Part shown: positions 27,455-37,723 of the stretch, piece by piece | Position numbering within the stretch: position 1 is the first letter of the stretch | Layout of the letters: every line of letters starts with the position of its first letter | Assembly (NCBI GenBank): GCA_002377585.1 | Contig: DFQC01000007.1 | Coordinates: 84,670 to 148,669 of the forward strand | Length of the DNA: 64,000 nt | Source: Anaerolineales bacterium UBA3499 | Lineage (GTDB): Bacteria; Chloroflexota; Anaerolineae; Anaerolineales; UBA11657 | Direction: 5' to 3' | Program-made: the position numbers and the translations under genes | The notes under the pieces: generated by a model | What the model was told of the DNA's origin: nothing | Databases searched by the model: none | The model's input: the letters and a program-made list of their open reading frames with translations, nothing else

Positions 27455-29158
27455 TTGAGTTCTAGGCGTACTATTTTAGAATCGCTTCGAAGCGATTCTT
27501 CGGTTTCTATTCTTATTATTGGTGGCGGAATAAATGGTGCTGGTGTTTTTCGTGATTTGGTTTTACAGGGTGTAGATGTGTTGTTAGTTGACAAATCAGA
27601 TTTTTCATCAGGCACAAGTGCAGCAACTTCACATATGGCTCATGGCGGGCTACGTTATTTGGAAAACGGTGATTTTAGTTTGGTTCGAGAGGCCATCCAT
27701 GAGCGTAATTTGTTAATTGCAAATGCCCCTCATTATGTGCATCCTTTGCCTACAACAATCCCAATATTTAAATGGCACTCCGGCTTGCTAAATGCACTAT
27801 TAAAGTTTCTGGGTTTGATAAACAAAACAGTTGAGCGTGGTGCTATATTGATCAAGATCGGCTTATCAATTTATGACTTACTTGTTAGCTCTAACTTAAC
27901 TGTACCCCGACATAGTTTTATGTCAAAATCAGATTCCTTGGCGCGATTTCCTTTACTTAACCCTAGTATGATTTGTACTGCTACCTATTATGATGCTTCT
28001 ATATTGGCTCCTGAAAGGGTCTGTATAGAATTGATTTGTGATGCATTAGAAATGGGTGATCATGCTAGAGCTGTTAACTATGTATCAGCTGTTGGAGCAT
28101 TTGACGATATAGTTAGATTGCGGGATGAGTTGACCGGTGAGACATATACAGTAAAGCCAAAATTGGTTGTTAATGCAGCTGGTCCATGGATAGATCAAGT
28201 GAACAAATCTCTCAAGAGGCATACTTCATTTGTTGGTGGTAGTAAAGGTTCTCATATCGTAATTGATAATCAGCAAATACTAAATGCAATAGGCGACCAT
28301 GAAATCTTTTTTGAGAATGACGATGGGCGCATAGTTCTGATATGTCCTATTGCAAATAAGGTGTTGGTAGGTACTACGGAGTTAGTGTGCGATGATCCTG
28401 ATCAAGTATGCTGTACACCAGAAGAAGTGGATTACTTCATAGCGATGATTATGAAAATGTTTCCACAAGCAAATGTCAGCAAGGATCAGATCATCTTCTC
28501 GTTCAGTGGTGTAAGACCGCTCATGTCTAGTCAATCGACCGATCGTGGCAGCGTTAGTCGGGACCACAGAGTATCCTTACTAACACCTGGAGATGGTGTT
28601 GAATATCCGATTTACACACTGGTAGGAGGTAAATGGACCACATTTCGATCTTTGGCGGAAAAGGTAACTGATCAGACTTTGCATGCATTAGGTAGGACTC
28701 GTCAGTACAGCACATCTGATTTGGCAATTGGCGGTGGTAAAAACTACCCAAAACATGCGGAAGATGAGCAGTTGTTATTAGATAACATAACTCTGGAGAC
28801 TGGTTTCGAATCAAGTAGAGTGAAGAATTTATTCGATCGTTATGGATCCAGAGTACTGCAAGTGGCAAGCTTCATTCATGGCGAATACGCGGGAAATGAT
28901 TATTGTTTGGAGAATCATTCAGGTTATTCTCGTGGAGAAATAGTTTTTCTGACAAGATGCGAATATGTTGTGCATTTGGAAGACTTAATATTGAGGCGTA
29001 CACTTATAGCAATGTTGGGTGAAATCAGTCTTGGATTAATTAACGAACTGTCGCATGTAGTAGGAGATGAATTAGGGTGGTCTGAGAGCACTCGTAAAGA
29101 TGAGATCGATGGTGTTAAAAGCATTTTGATCCATAAACATGGCGTAAAGTTGTTGTGA
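27455..29158 (+). CDS. glpD: FAD-dependent glycerol-3-phosphate dehydrogenase
   Basis: 567 aa with a TTG start. Has IIGGGINGAG..RD...G..V.LV.K.DF.SGTS..TSHM.HGGLRYLE, the characteristic GlpD N-terminus. Confidence 0.85.
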   Translation: MSSRRTILESLRSDSSVSILIIGGGINGAGVFRDLVLQGVDVLLVDKSDFSSGTSAATSHMAHGGLRYLENGDFSLVREAIHERNLLIANAPHYVHPLPTTIPIFKWHSGLLNALLKFLGLINKTVERGAILIKIGLSIYDLLVSSNLTVPRHSFMSKSDSLARFPLLNPSMICTATYYDASILAPERVCIELICDALEMGDHARAVNYVSAVGAFDDIVRLRDELTGETYTVKPKLVVNAAGPWIDQVNKSLKRHTSFVGGSKGSHIVIDNQQILNAIGDHEIFFENDDGRIVLICPIANKVLVGTTELVCDDPDQVCCTPEEVDYFIAMIMKMFPQANVSKDQIIFSFSGVRPLMSSQSTDRGSVSRDHRVSLLTPGDGVEYPIYTLVGGKWTTFRSLAEKVTDQTLHALGRTRQYSTSDLAIGGGKNYPKHAEDEQLLLDNITLETGFESSRVKNLFDRYGSRVLQVASFIHGEYAGNDYCLENHSGYSRGEIVFLTRCEYVVHLEDLILRRTLIAMLGEISLGLINELSHVVGDELGWSESTRKDEIDGVKSILIHKHGVKLL

Positions 29159-29253
29159 AAATATTCTTATATTGATGAGCTTGTTTGTTGCTATTGTGCT
29201 AGTATTAATCGCTTTGCCATATTGGATTAGCTAGTTTAGAAGTTTTATGTGGA

Positions 29254-31539
29254 ATGGGAGATGATTGTATGGATAACTCAAATTCTAATTCTCGAGAGAT
29301 AACTCTGAGTCGTACCCTTGGTCTTATGGACATTACCATGATTGGTATTGGAGCCATGATTGGTGCCGGGATTTTTGTATTAATCGGAATAGCGGCTGGG
29401 TACGCAGGCCCTTCATTGCCAATAGCATTTCTCTTAAATGGTATTGTCACAACATTTACAGCTTTGTCATATGCTGAGTTAGGTTCATCAATTCCAGCAG
29501 CTGGTGGAGGATTCCTGTGGGTAAAGGAGGGTTTAGGCGGCACTCAAGGATTCTTGGCAGGTTGGATGAATTGGTTTGCTTACATTGTTGCATGTGCTTT
29601 ATATGGCTTGGGTTTTGGTAGATTGGCAACTGAACTGTGGATAATAACAGGTGTACCACTTCCTTTGTCTGAACATCAACTATCTTTAGTGTTTATGATT
29701 ATAGTTGTTGGTCTCTTTGCCTATATTAACTCGCGTGGCGCAAGCGAAGCCGGATTAGCCGGTAGTATAGTTACAATTGCTAAAGTAGTAATCCTATCAG
29801 TTTTTATTGGTTTTGGATTGTATGCAATGCTTAATAATCCTAGTTGGTCTGACAATTTTTCAGCAGGCATGCTTCCCAATGGGATTGGTGGTGTGTTTGT
29901 AGCGATGGGCATGACATTTATTGCGTTCGAAGGTTATGAAATTATTGCTCAAAGTGGCGAAGAGGTAAAAAATCCGGCACACAATATACCGCGTGCTATC
30001 TTTTATTCAATAGGTGCCGTGGTTATCATCTATATTTTGATAGGTTTTGTAGTAATTGGAGCGGTAACCCCACCTTCTGGTTCTGCAGTCTGGCAATATC
30101 TAGCACAGGCCAAAGAGGTGGCTATAGTGCGCGCTGCAGAGCAATTTATACCAATGGGAGGAATGCTTATTTTGATTAGTGGTCTTGCGTCAACAATGTC
30201 TGCCTTAAATGCGACCATTTATTCATCTTCAAGAGTATCTTTTGCTATGGGTAGAGAGCGGAATTTACCATCAGCTTTTGCATTTATTCATCCTCGTATG
30301 CACACACCATATTGGGCAATATTTTTATCTTCCATACTAGTTGTAGTAATGGGATTTACTTTGCCTATAGATCAGATAGCTGCTGCTGCTAACGTAATGT
30401 TTTTACTATTGTTTACTCAAGTGAATATTGCAGTTATGACTTTACGACGTCGTCGTCCAAATTTGGAGCGAGGATTTAAAGTACCCTTGTTTCCCTGGCC
30501 AGCTGTGATTGGTATTATTAGTAATTTGGCCATGGCAGTATTTCTAGCATTTAAGTTAGGTCAAGTAGGATTGTTAAGTGTTGCTTGGATAGGTGTTGGA
30601 CTACTGTTGTATTGGGGATACTTTAGTAAGAAAGAGGAGGAGGAGCGACCTAATGATGTTCTGCATGAGGAAGCGCTAACTTCAGTAGATTATTCTGTAC
30701 TTCTCCCAGTGTCTGATTTGCATCAAGCACAGATACTAGGTAGATTGGGTAGTATATTGGCTAAAGAACATGACGGAGAAGTGCTGGCGTTACATGTTGT
30801 TAAAGTTCCTAGACAACTTCAGTTGAATGATGGTCGGCTGTTTTTGCGTGAGCGCCGACCCTATATTGATAAAGTAATTGAGCAGGCCAGAGTACTAGAT
30901 GTACCTGTTCATTCTATGATAAGACTAGGACGGTCTATATCTGATGCAATCCTGAAAACTGTGCATGAGAACAAGAGCGATGTAGCACTATTTGGATGGC
31001 CGGGATTTACTGGTTCTCGTGACCAGATGTTTGGTTCTGTAATTGATCGTATTGCTTCTAATCCTCCAACTGATATTGCGATTTTGCGGCATCGTCCTTA
31101 CGATGAATTACAATCTATTTTGGTTCCAGTAGCAGGTGGACCAAATGGTAGATTGGCTGTTAGTTTAGCTATTGCATTGGCTCGAAACACACCAGAGTCT
31201 ACGAAAATTGTCTTATTACATGTCTCTTTGTCCAGAACCAATCCTAAGGATGCCGAGGCTCGTGCTCAAAACGCTTTTCGAAGGGCTACGGAAGGCCGTA
31301 GGTATGAATCTATTGAAAAACGTATCATATTGTCCGATAGCCCATCAGCAGGTATTTTGGAAGCCGCTGTGGATTGCGATATGATTGTGATGGGGGCTAC
31401 AAGAGAGCGTTTGTTCCGTAATATCCTTGTAGGTAATGTGTCTGAGCAAATTGCAGATAAAGCTCATTGTCCGGTATTGATTGTGAAACGACGTAGTACG
31501 ATGGTTGCTTCTATGCTGAGGGAAACAGTACTTTCATAA
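29254..31539 (+). CDS. APC-superfamily amino-acid/polyamine permease fused to two C-terminal universal-stress-protein (Usp) domains
   Basis: 761 aa. N-terminal ~470 aa are polytopic with the IGAMIGAGIFVLIG and FEGYE motifs of APC permeases. The C-terminal ~290 aa contain two Usp-like units (VLLPVSD...LHVVKVP... and ILVPVAGGPNG...LLHVS...MGATRE...G.V...I...A.CPVLIVK). Confidence 0.8.
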   Translation: MGDDCMDNSNSNSREITLSRTLGLMDITMIGIGAMIGAGIFVLIGIAAGYAGPSLPIAFLLNGIVTTFTALSYAELGSSIPAAGGGFLWVKEGLGGTQGFLAGWMNWFAYIVACALYGLGFGRLATELWIITGVPLPLSEHQLSLVFMIIVVGLFAYINSRGASEAGLAGSIVTIAKVVILSVFIGFGLYAMLNNPSWSDNFSAGMLPNGIGGVFVAMGMTFIAFEGYEIIAQSGEEVKNPAHNIPRAIFYSIGAVVIIYILIGFVVIGAVTPPSGSAVWQYLAQAKEVAIVRAAEQFIPMGGMLILISGLASTMSALNATIYSSSRVSFAMGRERNLPSAFAFIHPRMHTPYWAIFLSSILVVVMGFTLPIDQIAAAANVMFLLLFTQVNIAVMTLRRRRPNLERGFKVPLFPWPAVIGIISNLAMAVFLAFKLGQVGLLSVAWIGVGLLLYWGYFSKKEEEERPNDVLHEEALTSVDYSVLLPVSDLHQAQILGRLGSILAKEHDGEVLALHVVKVPRQLQLNDGRLFLRERRPYIDKVIEQARVLDVPVHSMIRLGRSISDAILKTVHENKSDVALFGWPGFTGSRDQMFGSVIDRIASNPPTDIAILRHRPYDELQSILVPVAGGPNGRLAVSLAIALARNTPESTKIVLLHVSLSRTNPKDAEARAQNAFRRATEGRRYESIEKRIILSDSPSAGILEAAVDCDMIVMGATRERLFRNILVGNVSEQIADKAHCPVLIVKRRSTMVASMLRETVLS

Positions 31540-31564
31540 TAGATGCGACCGATATAATAAAACA

Positions 31565-31593
31565 TTGATGTACGATGAATCAGGCTTTACAAT
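31565..31593 (+). promoter_or_regulatory. Candidate sigma70-type promoter TTGATG-N17-TACAAT for the antiporter gene
   Basis: TTGATG at 31565-31570, a 17-nt spacer and TACAAT at 31588-31593. The ATG at 31603 lies only 9 nt after the -10, and there is no Shine-Dalgarno. Sequence inspection only. Confidence 0.4.
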
Positions 31594-31602
31594 ATTATCC
31601 AT

Positions 31603-33153
31603 ATGCAAACTGAATTGATAACCACCGAATTAATTATTGCTGCATTGTTATTGATTGCTGCGTTAGTTTCATGGTTCACAAAACTTGTGCGATTTCCTTA
31701 TACGGTAGGTCTGGTTATTGTTGGAGTTTTGATTACAATGTTGATGCCTCATAAACCAGAGTTAACTCCAGCATTAGCAAGAGAATTAATCCTACTGATA
31801 TTGTTACCACCTTTGATATTTGAAGCAGCCTTACATATCGAGTTTTCTGAATTTAGGGACAATCTGTCATCTATGCTTGTATTTGCAATTCCAGGTGTCT
31901 TGGTAACAACATTACTTGTGGGATGGTTGCTTGCCACAATAACTGGTTTGCCATTTCCTACCATGCTAGTGTTTGGTGCACTTATTGCCGCTACAGATCC
32001 TGTTGCAGTAACTGCTATTTTCAGAGAATTAGGATTACCAAAGCGTCTTGGTTTGCTTACGGAAGGAGAGAGTCTTCTTAATGATGCAACTGCAATAGTG
32101 GTTTTCACCTTGTTATTAGAGTTTGCTTTAGATCCTGTAAGCTTCAGTTTTTCTGATGGGGCTATAGAGTTTGCGCGTGTATCAGGAGTAGGGTTGTTTG
32201 TAGGATTTGCTCTAGGTTATGTTGCTTATCACTTGATCAGGCAAATTGATGATTATCTTGTGGAAACTGTACTGAGTGCTGTGCTAGCGTATGGTTCCTA
32301 TTTGTTAGCGGAGCAGGTTCATGCCAGTGGAGTATTAGCTGTATTAGCTTCGGGTTTGTTAATTGGCAATAGTGGGCGACGTTATGGAATGAGTCATACT
32401 ACTCGAAATGTCTTAATACACATATGGGAATTTGTAGCTTTTCTAGCAAACACATTTGTATTTCTATTGATAGGTTTGCAAGTTGATTTGGACAGGTTGT
32501 CTGATAGTGTTTTACTGATTGGAGCTGCGATCCTCGTCACTTTGCTTGCTCGTATGATCACAGTGTTTGGTTTTAGCCCACTAGTTAACAGATTTGCTGC
32601 CAACCGGACTCCATTTTCTTGGCAGGCTGTACTAGTTTGGGGTGGATTGCGTGGAGGCATTGCTTTAGCATTGGCATTGACCTTACCGTCGAGTCTGGTT
32701 GGACATGATGAGGTGTTAGTTATGACATTTGGTGTGGTGCTTTTTACACTTGGAGTACAAGCTACAACTCTTCCTGCATTACTTAGGAGATTGGGTCTGT
32801 TGAGTAGTGGAACAAATCTTATGGAGTATGAAAGAAGACGTGCTAAATTAGCTGCGGCTAAAGCAGCTAATCAGTTTCTGCAATCTCAGTATAAGCAAGG
32901 TTTACTGACTAAAGAAAACTATGATGTGGTACTACCGGAGGTACAAGCAGAGATTTCTCAGTTTTCTGGAGAAGTTGAGGAGGCTCTTACTGTATTGCCT
33001 GATATTCGTGATGATGAATTAGAAATTGCGCGCAAGGAGATTATGCAAGTTAAACGAGCAACTCTACGCACCTTGCGTCATGATGGCATAATTGGAACTG
33101 ATGTGTTTCGGGAATTGACTACAGAGATTGACGCGGATTTGGCCGGAAACTAA
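31603..33153 (+). CDS. Na+/H+ (cation/proton) antiporter, CPA1 family (NhaP-type) with C-terminal cytoplasmic tail
   Basis: 516 aa, polytopic. Has LIAATDPVAV (CPA1 ATDP motif), ESLLNDATAIV and WGGLRGG.ALALAL. Confidence 0.85.
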   Translation: MQTELITTELIIAALLLIAALVSWFTKLVRFPYTVGLVIVGVLITMLMPHKPELTPALARELILLILLPPLIFEAALHIEFSEFRDNLSSMLVFAIPGVLVTTLLVGWLLATITGLPFPTMLVFGALIAATDPVAVTAIFRELGLPKRLGLLTEGESLLNDATAIVVFTLLLEFALDPVSFSFSDGAIEFARVSGVGLFVGFALGYVAYHLIRQIDDYLVETVLSAVLAYGSYLLAEQVHASGVLAVLASGLLIGNSGRRYGMSHTTRNVLIHIWEFVAFLANTFVFLLIGLQVDLDRLSDSVLLIGAAILVTLLARMITVFGFSPLVNRFAANRTPFSWQAVLVWGGLRGGIALALALTLPSSLVGHDEVLVMTFGVVLFTLGVQATTLPALLRRLGLLSSGTNLMEYERRRAKLAAAKAANQFLQSQYKQGLLTKENYDVVLPEVQAEISQFSGEVEEALTVLPDIRDDELEIARKEIMQVKRATLRTLRHDGIIGTDVFRELTTEIDADLAGN

Positions 33154-33209
33154 TATTTTTGAGGATTGGTTCTTTGTCGAAATATATGACAATATTAGAT
33201 TAATAGACA

Positions 33210-34007
33210 TCAACTATCTTGCTTAAGTGCTAAAACCATATCAGCAACAAATTGACCACATGCTTCAGCAGGATTAGCAGAATCACCAGCGATGTTTATC
33301 AGTTTGCTGCCTACAATTACCCCTTCTACTAATTTACCCACTTCTTGTGCTTGGTCAGGAGTGCTGATTCCGAAACCAATAGCTAATGGGTTTGTCACAT
33401 GCCGACGTACTAGATCAACAAAGTCTTGTAAATAATTTGGTAGGGCGATTCGAGCACCAGTAACCCCTGTTAACGAAACTAAATATACAAACCCACTTGC
33501 TTTTTCTGACACTAATTTTATTCGTTCTTCTGTACTGGTTGGTGCTAGTAGATAGGAGAGCGCTAATTTGTTATTTATACAATGGTATTCAAATGAAGCA
33601 CCTTCCTCAGGTGGTAAATCAGGAATTATGAAGCCATTTGCTCCAGATGCTTCGGCTTTCTCTACAAATCGTTGCTCACCATAGTTGAGGATAGGGTTGT
33701 AATAACCCATCAACATAAGTGGTATAGTAATCCCACGTTTGCGCAGGTCACTAACAGCTTGTAGACATTGCTCTATATCAACGCCATTATTGAGAGCAAC
33801 TTGGGTGCTATTTTGTATGGTCGGACCATCAGCTAGTGGGTCTGAGAAAGGCATGCCTAATTCCATTAAATCTGCACCAGCTTCAGCACAGGATTGTATT
33901 ATGTCAAGCGAAGTCTCATAGTCAGGATACCCTAAAGTAAAGTAAGGCATAAAGGCTGTATGCTCATTATTGAAAGCTTTTGTAACTTCTTCTATTGGTA
34001 TGGTCAT
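33210..34007 (-). CDS. trpA: Tryptophan synthase alpha chain
   Basis: 265 aa. Has ELGMPFSDPLADGPTIQ and GFGISTPDQ motifs. The start overlaps the trpB stop (TAATG). Confidence 0.9.
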   Translation of the reverse strand: MTIPIEEVTKAFNNEHTAFMPYFTLGYPDYETSLDIIQSCAEAGADLMELGMPFSDPLADGPTIQNSTQVALNNGVDIEQCLQAVSDLRKRGITIPLMLMGYYNPILNYGEQRFVEKAEASGANGFIIPDLPPEEGASFEYHCINNKLALSYLLAPTSTEERIKLVSEKASGFVYLVSLTGVTGARIALPNYLQDFVDLVRRHVTNPLAIGFGISTPDQAQEVGKLVEGVIVGSKLINIAGDSANPAEACGQFVADMVLALKQDS

Positions 34008-35209
34008 TATTCTTTTAAATCTATTTCATCTAATACAGTGTCTAAATCTTTGTCTCCACGACCTGACAAATTGACTACTATAGTCGTTTCTGGGCTCATG
34101 CTAGGAGCTAGCTTGATTGCTTCTGCTATTGCATGTGATGATTCTAGCGCAGGTATTATTCCCTCCAACTCACATAATAATTGAAAAGCATGGAGTGCTT
34201 CTGCATCAGAAGCGTGAGTGTATGTTGCTCTTTTCTTTTCGCGCAAATAAGTGTGTTCGGGACCAATTGCTGCATAGTCCAAACCTGCGCTCACACTGTG
34301 TGTAAGTGCTATTTGACCATCTTCATTTTGTAGTACATAAGTGTAGCATCCATGTAATACACCTGGTCTTCCAATTGATGAGTCTGCAAACCGAGCTGCA
34401 TGTTTTCCTCCTGAAATATCTAGACCTCCCGCTTCTACACCGATAAGTGATACGTTTTTTTCATTAATAAATTCATAAAAAATACCAATCGCATTTGATC
34501 CTCCACCGACGCATGCAATAATTACATCTGGTAGCATATTTTCCGCATCTAAAATTTGACTTCGTGTTTCTTGGCCGATGACTGACTGAAAATCTCGCAC
34601 CATGGTGGGATATGGGTGTGGTCCTAGTGCTGAACCTAGCAGATAATATGTGTCATCCACATTGGTTACCCAGTCTCGTATAGCTTCATTAATTGCATCT
34701 TTTAAGGTCTGAGACCCTCCAGCTACAGCTCTAACTTCTGTGCCAAGCAATTTCATACGGGCTACGTTCGGAGCTTGCCGATTCATATCTACAGTACCCA
34801 TATATACTACACATTTCAATCCTAATAATGCACATGCAGTTGCTGTTGCGACACCATGCTGTCCTGCTCCTGTTTCTGCGATAATCCTAGATTTACCCAT
34901 GCGTTTTGCCAACAATGCTTGCCCAAGCGCATTATTGATTTTATGAGCACCAGAATGAGCTAAATCCTCACGCTTTAGATATATTTTTGCGCCTCCACAG
35001 TGTGTACTAAGGCGTTGGGCAAAAGTGAGTGGTGTTGGACGACCAACATACGAATCAAGTAAATTATGTAATTCTTCTTGGAAAGCCCGATCTTGTTGGG
35101 CACTGATATAGGCTTTTTCTAGGTCTTCAAGAGCGGGCATAAGTACTTCTGGCACAAACTGCCCACCGTATTGACCAAACTTTTTAGGTAGTGTAGATTT
35201 TGTTTCCAT
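34007..35209 (-). CDS. trpB: Tryptophan synthase beta chain
   Basis: 400 aa. Has [14 protein letters not shown] (PLP lysine), [10 protein letters not shown] and GGGSNAIG. Confidence 0.95.
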   Translation of the reverse strand: METKSTLPKKFGQYGGQFVPEVLMPALEDLEKAYISAQQDRAFQEELHNLLDSYVGRPTPLTFAQRLSTHCGGAKIYLKREDLAHSGAHKINNALGQALLAKRMGKSRIIAETGAGQHGVATATACALLGLKCVVYMGTVDMNRQAPNVARMKLLGTEVRAVAGGSQTLKDAINEAIRDWVTNVDDTYYLLGSALGPHPYPTMVRDFQSVIGQETRSQILDAENMLPDVIIACVGGGSNAIGIFYEFINEKNVSLIGVEAGGLDISGGKHAARFADSSIGRPGVLHGCYTYVLQNEDGQIALTHSVSAGLDYAAIGPEHTYLREKKRATYTHASDAEALHAFQLLCELEGIIPALESSHAIAEAIKLAPSMSPETTIVVNLSGRGDKDLDTVLDEIDLKE

Positions 35210-35243
35210 ATTATATTATTCTCATTATACAGGTTCCATCACA

Positions 35244-35864
35244 CTAATTACTGTTTTTATTAATGGAGAGTGCATTTGATATGAATTTCCGCATAAGCTG
35301 TGGATCTTTAATGCCTGGTTCTATTTCTATGCCTGAAGCTACATCGACACCCCATGGTTGTACTTGTCTGATAGCTGGTATGACATTTTCTGGTGTTAAT
35401 CCTCCTGCCAAGAAAATATGAGTGTCTCTAGCAATTGAGGCTGCTTTCGTCCAGTCAGCAGTTTGCCCAGCTCCACCATACTGGCCCTTCACATATGCAT
35501 CTACAAGACATAAACTTGGAAGGTTGTTTGGCAATGTGGTCTTGCCGAGTCGATATGCTTTGAATGCAACTGGTCCTAGTTGATCAATAAGATCAGGTGA
35601 CTCGTCGCCATGCAATTGTGCTAGTTGGAGACCAACTTCTTTGATAGCTTGACGAATTTTAAGTTCTGATTCATTCACGAATACTCCTACGACAATGGGC
35701 GGATTTTCAAGTTTACTGAGAGTGTTTGTTATAGAGAATGCTGTTTGTTTGTCTACATAGCGTGGACTGGCAGGAAAAAAATTTAGTCCTATGTGTGTAG
35801 CACCGAGCGAAACTGCTAAAATAGCATCCTCTATTTTAGTAAGTCCACATATCTTTATTTTCAT
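35244..35864 (-). CDS. trpF: Phosphoribosylanthranilate isomerase
   Basis: 206 aa. Has the MKIKICGLT N-terminus, QLHGDE and LAGGL.PENV. Confidence 0.9.
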   Translation of the reverse strand: MKIKICGLTKIEDAILAVSLGATHIGLNFFPASPRYVDKQTAFSITNTLSKLENPPIVVGVFVNESELKIRQAIKEVGLQLAQLHGDESPDLIDQLGPVAFKAYRLGKTTLPNNLPSLCLVDAYVKGQYGGAGQTADWTKAASIARDTHIFLAGGLTPENVIPAIRQVQPWGVDVASGIEIEPGIKDPQLMRKFISNALSINKNSN

Positions 35865-35881
35865 AGTTCTATTGATGTGAC

Positions 35882-36670
35882 CTAACCTTGTGTGAGCTCA
35901 CGAACTTTGGAACCAATATCTGGAGCTGTAACAAGTCCTTCTCCTATAAGCATGGCATCAATTTGTAATTCTGTTAGTCGGTTTACATCAGCAATGGTAT
36001 GTATTCCACTCTCAGCTATTATGCATATTTCAGGAGGTATACGGGAGCGGAGTGCAGTTGTCACATCGAGTGATGTCTCAAATGTGTGCAGATTGCGGTT
36101 GTTAATTCCTATAATTTTTGTGTCAGTGGACAATGCAATTTCTAATTCACTTAAGTTATGGACTTCTACTAATGCACTTAGTCCTAGTTCTGCTGCTGCA
36201 GCGATTAATTCACTTAGAACTGTGGCGTCTAGCATTGCAACTATTAACAATGCTGCACTTGCTCCTGCAATACGAGCTTGTAGAAGTTGGTATCGATCGA
36301 ATATGAAATCTTTTCGAAGCAATGGCAAGCCCGCATCCAATTTCGATATTGATTCAAGATGATTTATAGAGCCTCCAAAGAAATATTTATCAGTTAAGAC
36401 TGAAATTGCGGATGCTCCATTAGTAGCATAGGTTTTTGCTAGTGTAATTGGATCAAAGTCTTCACAAAGTAACCCTTTGCTAGGTGAGCGTTGTTTTATT
36501 TCAGCAATAAGTCTCGGAGCCTGTTTTGTTTTGTCGGTTATAGCAGCAATAAAGTCAGGAGATGGAGACATATCTTTTGCTAATGTCTCCAGTTCTTGCA
36601 AAGGTGTGGATTTACGTTCTTGTTCTACCTCCTCTTGCTTACGTGCAAGAATATCTGTCAGAATAGTCAC
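35882..36670 (-). CDS. trpC: Indole-3-glycerol phosphate synthase
   Basis: 262 aa. Has IAEIKQRSPSKG, LRKDFI, GINNRNL.TF and ESGI motifs. Confidence 0.9.
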   Translation of the reverse strand: MTILTDILARKQEEVEQERKSTPLQELETLAKDMSPSPDFIAAITDKTKQAPRLIAEIKQRSPSKGLLCEDFDPITLAKTYATNGASAISVLTDKYFFGGSINHLESISKLDAGLPLLRKDFIFDRYQLLQARIAGASAALLIVAMLDATVLSELIAAAAELGLSALVEVHNLSELEIALSTDTKIIGINNRNLHTFETSLDVTTALRSRIPPEICIIAESGIHTIADVNRLTELQIDAMLIGEGLVTAPDIGSKVRELTQG

Positions 36671-37698
36671 TTTTTTGATGCCAGTTCTTGGCTAACTTGT
36701 ACTAGGTTGTTTAGAGTTCTTAGTGCTGCTCCGCTACTAAGTGTAGTACGCGCTTCAGTAAGTTTTGTTGCTATGTCCCCATCTTCTGTTGCCATTGCAG
36801 CAGCTGCATTTAGCAGTACTGTATCTGTTTGTGATCCTTCAGTTTTTCCTTCTAGGATGTTTCGAAGCATTTCTAGATTTTTATCTATAGAGCCACCGGT
36901 TATAGATTCTGGTTGTTTGCTGTGTATGCCCAAATCCTTTGCTTCCAACTCAAATGTATGTACGGTCCCATCTTTTTTCAGGTGACTTATGCGATTTGGA
37001 CCAATAGTAGTTAATTCATCTAGGCCGTCATGACTATGTATTACCATCGCTGATTTACATCCTAATTCCCCGAGAACGTGTGCTATAGGTTCTGTCAATT
37101 CAGCATCATATACTCCAGTTAACTGACGGGTGGCCCCCGCAGGGTTGGTGAGAGGTCCTAGTATATTGAATATAGTACGTTGTTTCAGTTCTCGACGGGG
37201 CACTATAGCATGCTTCATGGCTGGATGGTATATCGGTGCAAACATGAATCCTATACCAACCTTCTCAATACATTTTGCTACTTGCTCGGGTCCTAACTCA
37301 ATGGCTACACCAGCTGCTTCAAGCACATCAGCACTCCCACATTTGCTGCTAGCTGCTCGGTTACCATGTTTTGCTACCTTACGTCCTGTAGCGGCTATTA
37401 CAAATGCTGCTGCAGTAGAAATGTTAAAGCTATTCGATCCGTCTCCTCCGGTACCAACAATATCAAGAATGTCCTCATTGTTTTCAGGAAGAGTTACTTT
37501 TAATGAATGGGTGCGCATAGCTCGGGCACTACCTGTGATTTCATCAACTGTTTCACCTTTCATGCGGAGTGCTATGAGATAGGCCCCAATTTGTGCCGGT
37601 GTTGCATCGCCTGACATAATCTGGTTCATAACACTTTCTGCTTCCGATTGAGATAGGTTTTTACGGTTGATTAGTTTTGGTAATGCGCTAACAATCAT
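36667..37698 (-). CDS. trpD: Anthranilate phosphoribosyltransferase
   Basis: 343 aa. Has DIVGTGGDG, KHGNRA.SSK.GSADVLEA and NPAG motifs. The start overlaps the trpC... (4-nt overlap with the downstream gene). Confidence 0.9.
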   Translation of the reverse strand: MIVSALPKLINRKNLSQSEAESVMNQIMSGDATPAQIGAYLIALRMKGETVDEITGSARAMRTHSLKVTLPENNEDILDIVGTGGDGSNSFNISTAAAFVIAATGRKVAKHGNRAASSKCGSADVLEAAGVAIELGPEQVAKCIEKVGIGFMFAPIYHPAMKHAIVPRRELKQRTIFNILGPLTNPAGATRQLTGVYDAELTEPIAHVLGELGCKSAMVIHSHDGLDELTTIGPNRISHLKKDGTVHTFELEAKDLGIHSKQPESITGGSIDKNLEMLRNILEGKTEGSQTDTVLLNAAAAMATEDGDIATKLTEARTTLSSGAALRTLNNLVQVSQELASKK

Positions 37699-37723
37699 GG
37701 TCGTCTCCTGTAGACATCTCTTT

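Noticed and set aside
35892-37582. Long plus-strand ORFs (35892-36362, 156 aa; 36596-36985, 129 aa; 37130-37582, 150 aa; plus smaller ones) inside the trp operon region
   Set aside because: They lie antisense to unmistakable trpC and trpD coding sequence. Their products are low-complexity (Ser/Ala/Ile-rich) with no recognisable motifs. This is typical of shadow ORFs opposite real genes.
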